A stretch of DNA of 64,000 nucleotides, taken from Corythoichthys intestinalis. Its lineage: Eukaryota. Made by a program: the position numbers and the translations under genes. Position 1 is the stretch's first letter. Every line of letters starts with the position of its first letter. The notes under the pieces are model-generated. The model was not told the DNA's origin and made no database searches. It saw only the letters and a program-made list of their open reading frames with translations. The DNA lies in contig NC_080406.1 of assembly GCF_030265065.1 (NCBI RefSeq), forward strand, positions 15,785,094 to 15,849,093, read 5' to 3'. Positions 37,245-49,563 of this stretch are shown in pieces.

Positions 37245-37554
37245 AGCTCGGATAAGCTAGGCTAGCAAGATAGAGCTAAAGAGGAGAGGAGAGTAGTTTT
37301 AATCCACGATCTGTCCGATCGTGGGATAAAACAAAATAAGGAGCACTAGGAGAGCCGAACTAGCCTAGGATCGATTCTCCGATGTGTCCGTTGGATAAAA
37401 CAAATTGAGGAGCACTAGGAGATTAGCGACTAGTAGCAGCGCTAACAAACAAACGATACACTCCACAAACAAACGATACACTCCCTAGTGTCAGGAAGCT
37501 TGGTCTCGGATGCAAGTCATGGGTCGACCAACTTAACTTGGAGAAAAGCATTGG

Positions 37555-37800
37555 ACTATTTTGATGCGGCCTTATTTGAGCCCAGATCTAAATCCCATTG
37601 ATCGGCTCTGGAAGGATCTAAAAAAATGGAAGCTTGACAAGACACTCTTTAAACCTGAGACACGTGGAGCAGCTTCCTCAATAGGAGTGGGCCAAAATAC
37701 TTGTTGACAGCTGCAGAGGTCTCATTGACAGTTCTAGAAATTGTTTGATTGCAGTGATTGCCTCAAAAGGTTTTGCAGCAAAATACATAGTAGGAGATGA
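37555..37800 (+). mobile_element. Tc1-like transposase C-terminal fragment abutting the L2 5' end
   Basis: The translation reads …PDLNPIDRLWKDLKK…AVIASKGFAAKY. Confidence 0.55.
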
Positions 37801-38698
37801 GAAGAATGTATACATGTATGTATAGAATGAAACTGATTTCCCTCTGTATTAAGCAATTAAAAATTTACTAGCCACCATCATTTGTTTATCCTCTGTGTTT
37901 TTTTTTGTTTTTTTTTCCAAGCACAGGAGTGTGACTGAGAGACATCAGAGAGAGGTGCTAGTCACGAAGTACGTTGACACTTGAGCTGTTTACGAACCTG
38001 TTCTCTTTACGAGGACCCTCGTCTTTACTCTCAAACCTCCATCACATGCTCCGACACAATCAGCTCTTCAATCTCACACATTTGCTGCTCAAGGCTATGT
38101 GGTGATGAAGTGTGTACGCGTGCGTGTGTGCGTGCAAGCGCGCGTGGATGCGTGTGTCTCTAAGAGGCGACTTTGGGAAAGCTTCTTCAATTGGGACCAA
38201 AAAAAGGCCATTTGAGGGAAAAGCTCATTTTAGTTGAGAAGTGGCATTGTAAGTAACTTGGAGCCTGGAGCAGTGACTCTGGCAGAATACTGAATGCTCC
38301 TAAAGTTGCTTTGAAGATCACGAAAGTGGGCCTCGTGCAGTTTATGGTATATATGCTACAGGAGAGGCGGGACTTTCGACAAAAAATGTCATGTATTATT
38401 TACAGAACTGCACCATAGCTAGAGCGTTGTGCCTCTGACATTTTTTTTTTCAATAAATTCACGAATCAGCGAACATTTAACATTTATGCTGAGCCTTTAT
38501 GCCAGACATCTGTCAGGATGCGTGGACGAGGTGGACCCAATCGCAGGGAAAACAAAAGGCAAAGCAGGGTGTGTGGGACCCCAAAATGCTTTAGAATGTT
38601 TTTTTTAAATGAAAGTTGCCATGCCAGAGCTCTAGAATTTTATTAGCACAGTACGGTTTATGTCCAGACAATTGAAAAATACTGTAATTTACCAACAG

Positions 38699-38852
38699 TG
38701 AGTGAGTGAGTGAGTGAGTGAGTGAGTGAGTGAGTGAGTGAGTGAGTGAGTGAGTGAGTGAGTGAGTGAGTGAGTGAGTGAGTGAGTGAGTGAGTGAGTG
38801 AGTGAGTGAGTGAGTGAGTGAGTGAGTGAGTGAGTGAGTGAGTGAGTGAGTG
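38699..38852. repeat. (GAGT)n microsatellite, about 38 units
   Basis: A perfect GTGA/GAGT tetranucleotide run. Confidence 0.95.
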
Positions 38853-39849
38853 GACTGTTTGCTTGGGCAGACGGAGCCTCTCTGGCTTGTTAGTAAGGTG
38901 CTAAATTGTACTTTTCAACATGAGACCCACTTAGCAAATGTAGGCATGCCAGTTGCCATGACGATTGCTCCCATGCCCCAGACCTTTTGTAAAGTCCTTT
39001 TCTTTCATGCCAATATTAGTGACAGCAGGTGGTTTTGTTTCCCCTTTTCTTTTATAGCATTGATGCTTTAATTGCTGTACGTATGCTTGGCTGTTACGGC
39101 TGACCGACACTTTACAAAGGAACACGGTGTCCCACATGAATATGTAGAGCTGCCATTGTGTCTATCAATACGCAGGGTAAATGCCTGAAGGCCGCTCAAC
39201 GTCACAGAAAGGAACGCAGGTGAGTGCCCTTTATGGAACATCTATATAATGATAGACAGGTGAGACAGGCATGCCAGTATATTCATATACTGTCTGCCTT
39301 CATGCATAAGGGCAGTCTGACCTTGGCTGACAATGATCAAAAGTACTTTTGAGAATTTGAATTCAAATTAATTGCTGGAGCAAGTATTGCTCAAGGTGTT
39401 TGTCTATTACCTGCCAAGCACTTCATTATGCAACCCCTAACATACGCTACTTTCATAGACTGCGCCTGTGCACTCCAGCGTAAAATGTGATATAAAGCAC
39501 ACATATTTAGAAATTTCCAGTGTTCGTTACGATGCAAATGACACTTTCGCGGATGATAGGCGCACTTTTACTACGCCAACGGCGGCGTGGTTTAATTTCC
39601 ACTGCAGTGTGGACTGTTAGCGTAAAGCAGTGTTTCTCAAACATTTTACAGCAAATGCCATCTTAAAGAATATTTGGCTCTCACTTTCCATGAAGGCTAA
39701 AATTAAAAATAGGTGAATGTAGTAAGCTAGTTTTTATACATTTTCATAACCCACAGTTTTAACAACAATACTGAGCTGGGGGAAAAAAAAGGTAACATAC
39801 TTAAATTGTATTCTCTTAGAATTTGTTCCAAAACATTTGAAAAGAAATA

Positions 39850-40433
39850 GTACCGTATTGGCCCGAATATAAGACGGTGATTTTTGCATTGAAATAACAC
39901 TGAAAAAGTGGGGGTCGTCTTATATTCGCGGTCTAGACGTTATACCCATTCACGACGCTAGATGGCGCCAGATATCATTGAAGCGATGTTCTGTCATGAC
40001 AGATCTCAGCTACTCTCAAGTTTAAACAGTTTGCATTATTTTATTGCAATGTTTTTCCTTATTCAGATTTGTTTCAAGACTACAGTTACAGTTAGACCTC
40101 ACTTTGATGGTTAATGCAGGTATTGCAATTTTGTTGTTTTATCACAATAGATTGGTTTATTTACATTTCAAAAACCAGAAGCTATTCATTTACAAATGTG
40201 ATTCCACTTTAGTTTACATATTTAAATGTTCCGATATTAAGATTTGAATGAGGCAAAATAACATGCTTTTTCTCTCAAATTTATGTAATAATCATTTGTT
40301 TCGAATGTACTGTAATTATTTTCTGTATAAAAATTAATTTGGTGTTCAAAAAATCTGTTTTCAAACTTGAGTCTTGTAAAAGAGGGGGTCGTCTTATAAT
40401 CAGGGCCGTCTTATATTCGGGCCAATACGGTAC
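39850..40433. mobile_element. MITE with a 28-bp TIR and TA flanks
   Basis: GTACCGTATTGGCCCGAATATAAGACGG at 39850 and its exact reverse complement ending at 40433. TA lies on both sides. The subterminal repeat is GGGGGTCGTCTTATA. Confidence 0.65.
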
Positions 40434-40574
40434 TAAAGCATTGAATCGGAAACTTTATCATTTCATTTTAGATGTATTAGAGGGAAATGGCCGTGTACGT
40501 AAAAGAAGTTTAGATCATTGAATCCAGCTCATGAAAAATGGGAGCAAAAACAAAAATGTAACATTCATATTTGA

Positions 40575-41673
40575 GTATATTTACCAGGGCTGTCAAACGA
40601 TTACAATTTTTAATCGAGTTAATCACAGCTTTAAAATTAATTAATCGTAATTAATCGTAATTCAAACTATCTCTAAAATATGCCATATTTTTCTGATTGT
40701 TGGAATGGAAAGATAAGACACAAGACGGACATAAACATTCAACATACTGTACATAAGTACTGTATTTGTTTATTATAACAATAAATCCACAAAATGGCAT
40801 TAACATTATTCTTTCTGTTAAAGGGATCCACGGATAGAAAGACTTGTAGTTCTTAAAAGATAAATTTGAGTACAAGTTATAGTAAGTTTATATTAAAACC
40901 TCTCTTCATGTTTTAGTTTTAATAAAATTTGTAAAATTTTCAATCATAACAATAAACTAGTAGCTCGCCATTGTTGACGTTGCCGAGCGGGACGTCACAT
41001 GGGCTCCCTGCCGTTCTTCCGCAGTGTCTTTAACTACGTAAGATAGTGATTGAAATACACCACAAGGTGTCAATGGCGAGTTTAAAATTAATCAGAGATC
41101 TAGCCAAGGCAAAGTCTGAGTAAGTTTTATGTGTATTTTGCATAGCTATTTTGATTGGGAATGCCAGTTCTCTTTGCATTGAGCGCCTTTCTTTTTGTGA
41201 ACATTATTTTTTTGAGAGATAGGAATATTATTTTTGTTGTGCTTTCACTAAATGATACTGTAGCGACTTAACTGTTGCGCCCAAATGCATGATGGGAAGT
41301 TGGGCAACCATGACTGTCAGTGGTGGCTGCAAATGGTATACAGTATGTTCTGCGTTGTGTTCAATTAAGCGTGTCAAGAAAAAGATCGTCTGCTGTCTTT
41401 CTTCCCCATGTCGTTCGCCACAATACTTATATTTGTTGTGAAAGAGCTGCCAAAGCTTAAGCCAATAAAAGGCGCTGTCCAATGAACGCCTGGGTCCACT
41501 CGCATTTCTCTGCCTTTTCGCTCTCAATATGCCAAAATGGCGTCATTGTAAACTGTTTGAGGCAACGCGTTAACGGGTCATTCCGTGAATGCGTTAATTG
41601 CGTCAAATATTTTAACATGATTAATTTTAAAAATGAATTGCCACCCGTTAACGCGATAAATTTGACAGCACTA
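40575..41673. mobile_element. hAT-type MITE of the TAGGGCTGTCAAACGATTA family
   Basis: Ends CAGGGCTGTCAAACGATTAC…TAATCG repeats … CGTTAACGCGATAAATTTGACAGCACT. It shares its internal sequence with 19840-20430 and 53520-53780. Confidence 0.6.
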
Positions 41674-43606
41674 AGTAGTGAGCACACAAGCACACTTTGT
41701 GCTTGTGGGATCTCTATTTATTATGTGACTTGTTCAACACTGCTTTTGGACTATAAAACAACTGCAAGAGACAAAAACTGCCACCTAAAAAAGTGCAAGA
41801 GACATGTCCCTGGCATTCTACGCTGTAAATTATGTCTATGCGGCTGGCTCAAACTCGTCAATGAAAAGATTCATTCATATTGGATCCGTAAGGGGAGTTT
41901 GACTTTTTGGGGGCACAAAATGTTGATGACCCCGAAACGCTGTGTCAGCAATAAAATTAACTTACAAGAATATTTATAATTATAAGTTGAAAATGAGCGA
42001 TTTTTTGTTTCACATCATTTTTGAGGGGAATTCTAAACTAGGCTGCTTAGGACAGCGATAATTTTCGCCAAGGTCGCCATCCATTGAATATGGTACGCCC
42101 GCATGTGGTGGCTCTGTTGTATAATTAGTGTATTTAATGGGGCAAATTGAAACTCAGCTCTCTGGCGTTTCATGGTCCACATTTTCAATCATTGGTTCTT
42201 GCTCAGTAGATATTGTCACTTTTGAAAGCTTAGGTTTGAAAAAATTACGTATATCCATCTTGCCTCTTAGGTCCTCAGGTGGTTTTGGCTAACCAGAGTA
42301 AATGACCGTCTCAGGTGCTAGTCACATGATATGTTGAAAAATAATTTAGACCCATTATAAAAATGTTTTTAAAAAAGTCAATTCAATTCATTTTTGTTTT
42401 TTTGTTTTATTGCTTTTTACAACTTTTATAGACAATATTTTACCGGAAAACTCTTAATTTTAAAATCATACATAGGAAAGTTATTTACATGCAATGGCAA
42501 TTTTCTGCCACCAGGGGGGCGCCCCCCCCCCTTAAACTCCAGGTATGGTTGGATTCTTTCCACATTTTTTCTAAAAATCACCAAACTTGACAAGCTCACC
42601 AAATTCAACATAAAAAACACAATTTGGCAGCCTAAGAAAAACGTACTAACTCTATAACGCATGTACTCATTGGATACTTGACTAAACTCCATTAAGAAGT
42701 TCATTTGCAAACTGAATAATACTCACTTTTGATTAATAGTGTCAGAGAGCTATGGATTGAATGTTAAATCCTCAAGTACTAAAGTGGGTCTATCGATCGG
42801 CGAGTTAGCGACCTTGACTTTTCTGATCATGCCCTGATTTTTGCAGTCAATTGATGTCCTTGTTGAATCAGAGTGTCTTTGACTGTGTGTCCTGGCTAAA
42901 TACCACAATTCCGCCATTTAGTGACTGTCTGGATGCTGTTCCCAACACTGGTGGTGGAAATTTTCCACTTTGTTAGAATAATAAATATTAAATATTAAGC
43001 ATGTTCATAATTTACATTCAACACTGAAATTGGCTGCTGCAACCCAGTCACTCGGTTCGGTTTGAAAGGCAAATGTGAATAAATGCCTGTATGTTTGATA
43101 ATGGCTCTGGAATAGAGAGAGTCACTCGGTTCAGTTTGAAAGGCAAATGTGAATAAATGCCTGTATGTTTGATAATGGCTGTGGAATAGAGAGCGTATTG
43201 ACTTGACCTTTGGTACCAAGTCCCTGAGGAAAATCATCAGATAACAATGTGTGTTTCGTGAGACATACGTATGATCTAACAGGCGTATGACCGTATACTA
43301 GTTATGTCGAAGAGAAAAAAAATGTTGAATTGGACTTCATATGATCGGCGTATAGTGCCTATGCCCATGATTGCAAAGGTGACGATAAAAAAAAAGACTT
43401 AAACAAGATTAGACCAGAGGTACGTAGAGTAGCCAAAGGTTTTACTCAACAAAGAGCGTTCCTTCTAAATAATATTAGACAAGTAAAAGTAGTCATCCAA
43501 AAATTTACTCAAGTACAAGTAAAATAGTATTAGTTGAAACGAATACTCAAGTAATGCGTAACATTGTGAGTAGCTGCTAACAATGTCTGATTTTAATGGT
43601 ATAATA

Positions 43607-43608
<2 letters not shown>

Positions 43609-43659
<51 letters not shown>
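43609..43659. repeat. (TA)n microsatellite, target of the Tc1-A copy 3 insertion
   Basis: (TA)n runs directly into TACAGTG. A matching (TA)n tract lies at 45290-45327 on the other side. Confidence 0.9.
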
Positions 43660-43662
<3 letters not shown>

Positions 43663-45286
43663 TGCCTTGCAAAAGTATTCGGCCCCCTTGAACCTTGCAA
43701 CCTTTCGCCACATTTCAGGCTTCAAACATAAAGATATAAAATTTTAATTTTTTGTCAAGAATCAACAACAAGTGGGACACAATCGTGAAGTGGAACAAAA
43801 TTTATTGGATAATTTAAACTTTTTTAACAAATAAAAAACTGAAAAGTGGGGCGTGCAATATTATTCGGCCCCCTTGCGTTAATACTTTGTAGCGCCACCT
43901 TTTGCTCCAATTACAGCTGCAAGTCGCTTGGGGTATGTTTCTATCAGTTTTGCACATCGAGAGACTGACATTCTTGCCCATTCTTCCTTGCAAAACAGCT
44001 CGAGCTCAGTGAGTTTGGATGGAGAGTGTTTGTGAACAGCAGTCTTCAGCTCTTTCCACAGATTCTCGATTGGATTCAGGTCTGGACTTTGACTTGGCCA
44101 TTCTAACACCTGGATACGTTTATTTTTGAACCATTCCATTGTAGATTTGGCTTTATGTTTTGGATCATTGTCCTGTTGGAAGATAAATCTCCATCCCAGT
44201 CTCAGGTCTTGTGCAGATACCAACAGGTTTTCTTCCAGAATGTTCCTGTATTTGGCTGCATCCATCTTCCCTTCAATTTTAACCATCTTCCCTGTCCCTG
44301 CTGAAGAAAAGCAGGCCCAAACCATGATGCCGCCACCACCATGTTTGACAGTGGGGATGGTGTGTTCAGGGTGATGAGCTGTGTTGCTTTTACGCCAAAC
44401 ATATCGTTTTGCATTGTGGCCAAAAAGTTCAATTTTGGTTTCATCTGACCAGAGCACCTCCTTCCACATGTTTGGTGTGTCTCCCAGGTGGCTTGTGGCA
44501 AACTTTAAACGAGACTTTTTATGGATATCTTTGAGAAATGGCTTTCTTCTTGCCACTCTTCCATAAAGGCCAGATTTGTGCAGTGTACGACTGATTGTTG
44601 TCCTATGGACAGACTCTCCCACCTCTGCTGTAGATCTCTGCAGTTCATCCAGAGTGATCATGGGCCTCTTGGCTGCATCTCTGATCAGTTTTCTCCTTGT
44701 TTGAGAAGAAAGTTTGGAAGGACGGCCGGGTCTTGGTAGATTTGCAGTGGTCTGATGCTCCTTCCATTTCAATATGATGGCTTGCACAGTGCTCCTTGAG
44801 ATGTTTAAAGCTTGGGAAATCTTTTTGTATCCAAATCCGGCTTTAAACTTCTCCACAACAGTATCTCGGACCTGCCTGGTGTGTTCCTTGGTTTTCATAA
44901 TGCTCTCTGCACTTTAAACAGAACCCTGAGACTATCACAGAGCAGGTGCATTTATACGGAGACTTGATTACACACAGTTGGATTCTATTTATCATTATCG
45001 GTCATTTAGGACAACATTGGATCATTCAGAGATCCTCACTGAACTTCTGGAGTGAGTTTGCTGCACTGAAAGTAAAGGGGCCGAATAATATTGCACACCC
45101 CACTTTTCAGTTTTTTATTTGTTAAAAAAGTTTAAATTATCCAATAAATGTTGTTCCACTTCACGATTGTATCCCACTTGTTGTTGATTCTTGACAAAAA
45201 AATTAAATTTTATATCTTCATGTTTGAAGCCTGAAATGTGGCGAAAGGTTGCAAGATTCAAGGGGGCTGAATACTTTTGCAAGGCA

Positions 45287-45291
<5 letters not shown>
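43658..45291 (-). mobile_element. Tc1-like transposon family A, copy 3: structurally intact, candidate autonomous element
   Basis: Both terminal repeats are intact, TA flanks are present, and the transposase ORF is uninterrupted. Confidence 0.9.
43879..44898 (-). CDS. Tc1/mariner DD34E transposase, 339 aa, intact
   Basis: MKTKEHTRQVRDTVVEKFKAGFGYKKISQALNISRSTVQAII… forms the paired-like HTH region. The catalytic triad is in place: [21 protein letters not shown] and [16 protein letters not shown]. The protein ends AAVIGAKGGATKY. There are no internal stops. Confidence 0.9.
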   Translation of the reverse strand: MKTKEHTRQVRDTVVEKFKAGFGYKKISQALNISRSTVQAIILKWKEHQTTANLPRPGRPSKLSSQTRRKLIRDAAKRPMITLDELQRSTAEVGESVHRTTISRTLHKSGLYGRVARRKPFLKDIHKKSRLKFATSHLGDTPNMWKEVLWSDETKIELFGHNAKRYVWRKSNTAHHPEHTIPTVKHGGGGIMVWACFSSAGTGKMVKIEGKMDAAKYRNILEENLLVSAQDLRLGWRFIFQQDNDPKHKAKSTMEWFKNKRIQVLEWPSQSPDLNPIENLWKELKTAVHKHSPSKLTELELFCKEEWARMSVSRCAKLIETYPKRLAAVIGAKGGATKY

Positions 45292-45331
<40 letters not shown>

Positions 45332-45554
45332 CATACTCACGGTACACCATGCTAGTAACGGGTTGGACCCTGTTTTTCCTTCAGAACTGCCTCAATTCTT
45401 CGTGGCATAGATTCAACAAGGTGCTGGAAGCATTCCTCAGAGAGTTTGGTCCATATTGACATGATGGCATCACACAGTTGGTGCAGATTTGTCGGCTGCA
45501 CGTCCATGATGCGAATCTCCCGTTCCACCACATCCCAAAGATGCTCTATTGGAT

Positions 45555-48500
45555 TAGTGTTGTATCAGTCGCGAACGATTCGCTCTTTTTGAACGAATTG
45601 TTTGGGTGAACGAGACCGAACTAATCACCATCTGTACTGATTCGTTCTATGAAGTTGGGGCTTGTTTAGCTGCGTGGGAGGGCGTTGAGCAAGCGGCAGC
45701 GTCTTCTGACATCGCACACGACCAATCGGACGCCAGCCTCATCGCGGGCAGGGGTGGGAGCGGAAACAGAATCAGGGCGTCTGTCACTCACTTTCACGTG
45801 TGGCCAATAGGCAGCCAGCGTGTAGGCAGGGGGGCAAGACTGAGTTATGTCACTTCCCGTTCAGTGACTCGGTCCTCCGGTTCCTGACCTAGCTTGCTGC
45901 TAACTTGACTTTCCAGTAATGCAGTGAACGAGTCAAAAAATGAAAGGAATTGACTTTGTCACATATCTGTTAATGTGGAGCCTATCATATGCTGCTCAAA
46001 CAGACAAAAACACCACACAAACCTAGCGAGCATGGTTTAGTGTACTACTTTTCTCAACAGACTTGCGACTACCCATGACGACATGCTATCAAATTTTACA
46101 GTAGTTTAAAACACGGGTAGCTACGAGGCAAGCAAAAGCTGAGCTGCGGTCGCGTGACGGCAGTGAAGGGGGCAGAGAACTGTCACTATATGGAGGCTTC
46201 ATGGCAGCGATATTTACCTCATATGTGCACAGAAAAAAAGAATATTTCGTATGACCACCATAATACTGATTTGCAATGAAACTGTATATACATGTCAATT
46301 TTTTCCGAGTGTTTTTTTTTTCGTGTCAGAGCGTGGCGGGTGTTGGTTGATTTGACAAATTATGTCCATCTGTCCATCATGTGCTACTCAAGCGCCCAAA
46401 AACAACGCACGCGGACACGGGAGACGTCGCAATATGCCTACATTTTTCTTAACAGACTAATGAGAGTAGAAAGGCGACATCGTGAAGAGCAAACAATTAT
46501 TTCTCGTCAGCATTTGGCGATCTGAAATGAGAGGACAACAGGGGAGCTGACCGGGTTATTTTATTTGTTAATACCAGTGCAAAAATACAATACGATCATC
46601 TTAATACTGATTTGCAATTAAACTGTCAAATATCAAAATGTAGTATTGTTTTCATTTCAGAGCAGCACATTTGACAACTAGCTATTTACACTTTAGTTTT
46701 AACAATAGTGACCAAAAATAATAGTGATGAGCATAAAAACAAAAATACAACAGAGCGAGAGGTAAATATGATGTGTTGGTCGTTCCATATTTAGAAATTA
46801 AACTTTCGATTTATTTTTATTTTCGCGACAGCAAGCATGCCACGTTGGCTGGTAGCAGCAGCATTGTATATGTTATCAAGATCATGCTAAAGAAAGTCCG
46901 CGCGCCCCTGACCCCAAACCCCCACTTCCCCCACAAAAGGAAAATGTTTAACTGTGTCCTAAATCGAAATGCAAGCACGAGCCATGACTTTGATCCCAAA
47001 GAAATAGGACAGACGACGCGGAAGTTCTCCCTCGCTTTTGCAGCAGCGGGAGGGAGACGAGTACGGTGGCCGAGAGGTGTCAGGCGAAATGCAAAGTCCA
47101 AACACTTTGCAAATAGAAAAAAGCACGAACCCAAATTGCAAACGCTTTGCAAAAGAAAAAAGCACGAATGCAAACTGCCACAACACGATCCCCAATTCCT
47201 AAAGCGCGATTGCAAATTGGCAAAAGCACGAACCCCAACTGCAACAACACGACAGCAAATGGCTCGTAGCACGAATGCAAATTGTCACAAAGCGATCCCC
47301 AATTCCTAAAGCGCGATTGCAAATTGGCAAAAGCACGAATCCCAAGTGCCACAACACGACAGCAAATAGTTCGTAGCACAACAGCAAACGGCTCACAGCA
47401 CAGCAGCAAAATCACGCAACACAACGGCAAGAGGATGACCCGGAAGTTAAAAAAAAAAAAAGAAAAAAAAAGGACGACACTTTATACACTTTAAATGTGC
47501 TTTGTGACCATCTATACGGACCTCCATGAAGTTGCCCCCACCCCGCAAATTTATATAAAAATGATGTTAATCGTTTGTGCTGCAACGGTTTTGTAGCTCC
47601 CGCGGCAGCGTACCAACTCTCTCAATAACAGAGGAGTGTCATAATAACTAGCACGATCATAACACAAATTCGGGTCCATTTTGCAGTAAATTGGGGGCTT
47701 GAGATACTAATTTCGAGTGCTGACATCCCTCTAAGCCCCCTCATTTACAGCAAAATGGTGCTAGCTAGTTTTTAGGACACCCCTCTGTTATTGAGAGAGT
47801 TGGTACGCTCCATTAGCCACGGGAGCTAAACTGAGGAAAAGCTACGAGGGACGTCACCACTCGAAATTAATATTTCTATAAAAGCATAATACTGTATCAA
47901 CAAAACCGTTGCAGCACAAACGATTGACATCATTTTTATGTAAATTTGCGTCTGATGGGGGAGCAACTTCATAGAAGTCCGTATAGATGGTCACAAAGCA
48001 CATATAAAGTGTATATAGTGTCGTCTTTTTTTTTTTTTTTCCACTTCCGGGTCATCCTTTTGCCGTTGTGTTGCGTGATTTTGCTGCTGTGCTGTGAGCC
48101 GTTTGCGGTTGTGCTACGAGCTATTTTCTGTCGTGTTGTGGCATTTGGGATTCGTGCTTTTGCCAATTTGCAATCGCACTTTAGGAATTGGGGATCGTGT
48201 TGTGACAACTTGCATTCATGCTACGAGCCATTTGCTGTCGTGTTGTGGCAATTGGGGTTCGTGCTTTTGCCAATTTGTCATCGCGCTTTAGGAATTGGGG
48301 ATCGTGTTGTGGCAGTTTGCATTCATGCTTTTTTCTTTTGCAAAGCGTTTGCAATTTGGGTTCGTGCTTTTTTTCTATTTGCAAAGTGTTTGGACTTTGC
48401 ATTTCGCCTGACACCTCTCGGCCACCGTAGACGAGGCTGTGAAAGCAGAATGATATCGCCTGTCACTCATTTACGACAAGCAGCCAATGAGGAGCCTGTG

Positions 48501-48736
48501 TGCAAGAGAGAGGGAGGGACCAAGCAATGTCACTTCCCGTTCAGTTATACTGCGAAGCGGTCTTTGGTGATTCGTTCGGCAACGTCACTTCCCGTTCACT
48601 AACCGCACGATTCATTTGGTCAGGGAGGGAGATGAGGGGGGCGAACGATTCGTTGAACGATTTGTTTGAACGAGTCTTTTTACTGAACGAACTGAAATGG
48701 ATTCTTTCCTCAAGTGAACGACAGATCCCGTCACTA
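45555..48736. mobile_element. hAT-type non-autonomous element (TAGTG-TIR family), copy B, palindromic interior
   Basis: TIR TAGTGTTGTATCAGTCGCGAACGA … CGACAGATCCCGTCACTA. The 8-bp TSD TATTGGAT sits at 45547-45554 and 48737-48744. Subterminal repeats are GAACGA and GTCACTTCCCGTTCA. Internal ~400-bp inverted arms (about 47070-47460 and 47990-48420) are built from ~90-bp tandem units. Confidence 0.7.
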
Positions 48737-49563
48737 TATTGGATTGATATCTGGTGACTGTGGAGGCCATTTGAGTACAGTGAACTCATTGTCATGTTCA
48801 AGAAACCAGTCTGAGATTATTCCAGCTTTATGACATGGTGCATTATCCTGCTGAAAGTAGCCATCAGAAGTTGGGTACATTGTGGTCATAAAGGGATGGA
48901 CATGGTCAGCAACAATACTCAGGTAGGCTGTGGCGTTCCAACGATGCTCAATTGGTACCAAGGGGCCCATAGAGTGCCAAGAAAATATTCCCCACACCAT
49001 TACACCGCCACCACCAGCCCGAACCGTTGATACAAGGCAGGTTGTTGACACCAAATTCTGACCCTACCATCCGAATGTCGCAGCAGAAATCAAGACTCAT
49101 CAGACCAGGCAACGTTTTTCCAATCTTCTATTGTCCAATTTCGATGAGCTTGCGCAAATTGTAGCCTCAGTTTCCTGTTCTTAGCTGAAAGGAGTGGCAC
49201 CCGGCGTGGTCTTCTGCTGCTGTTGCCCATCTGCCTCAAAGTTCGACGTACTGTGCATTCAGAGATGCTCTTCTGCCTACCTTGGTTGTAACGGGTGGTT
49301 ATTTGAGTCACTGTTGCCTTTCTATCAGCTCGAACCAGTCTGGCCATTCTCCTCTGACCTCTGGCATCAACAAGGCATTTCCGCCCACAGAACTGCCACT
49401 CACTGGATATTTTTTCTTTTTCGGACCATTCTCTGTAAACCCTAGAGATGATTGTGCGTGAAAATCCCAGTAGATCAGCAGTTTCTGAAATACTCAGACC
49501 AGCCCTTCTGGCACCAACAACTATGCCACGTTCAAAGTCACTCAAATCACCTTTCTTCCCCAT
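48734..49563 (-). pseudogene. Tc1-C transposase, frameshifted
   Basis: The N-terminal ORF reads MGKKGDLSDFERGIVVGARRAGLSISETADLLGFSRTIISRVYREW…WSDES. A second frame reads …VMVWGIFSWH…FQQDNAPCHKA…WPPQSPDINPI. Confidence 0.8.

Larger units (their letters stand above)
33100..37520 (-). mobile_element. Full-length L2-clade non-LTR retrotransposon
   Basis: ORF1 and ORF2 are both intact. The 3' end is shared with the 12043 copy. The 5'UTR holds internal direct repeats (GATAAAACAAA.T.AGGAGCACTAGGAGA twice). Confidence 0.85.

Noticed and set aside
44202-44501. 99-aa ORF (MPQATWETHQTCGRRCSGQ…) overlapping the Tc1-A transposase in another frame. It is also present at 9-308 and, truncated, at 6593-6811.
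   Set aside because: All three copies keep it only because they are nearly identical young copies. The peptide has no recognisable domain and is low-complexity, so it is most likely a chance overlapping ORF.
46773-48414. K/R-rich ORFs of 178, 218 and 77 aa on both strands inside the palindromic hAT element.
   Set aside because: They result from ~90-bp tandem repeats and the inverted duplication. The same pseudo-protein appears on opposite strands, which coding sequence would not do.
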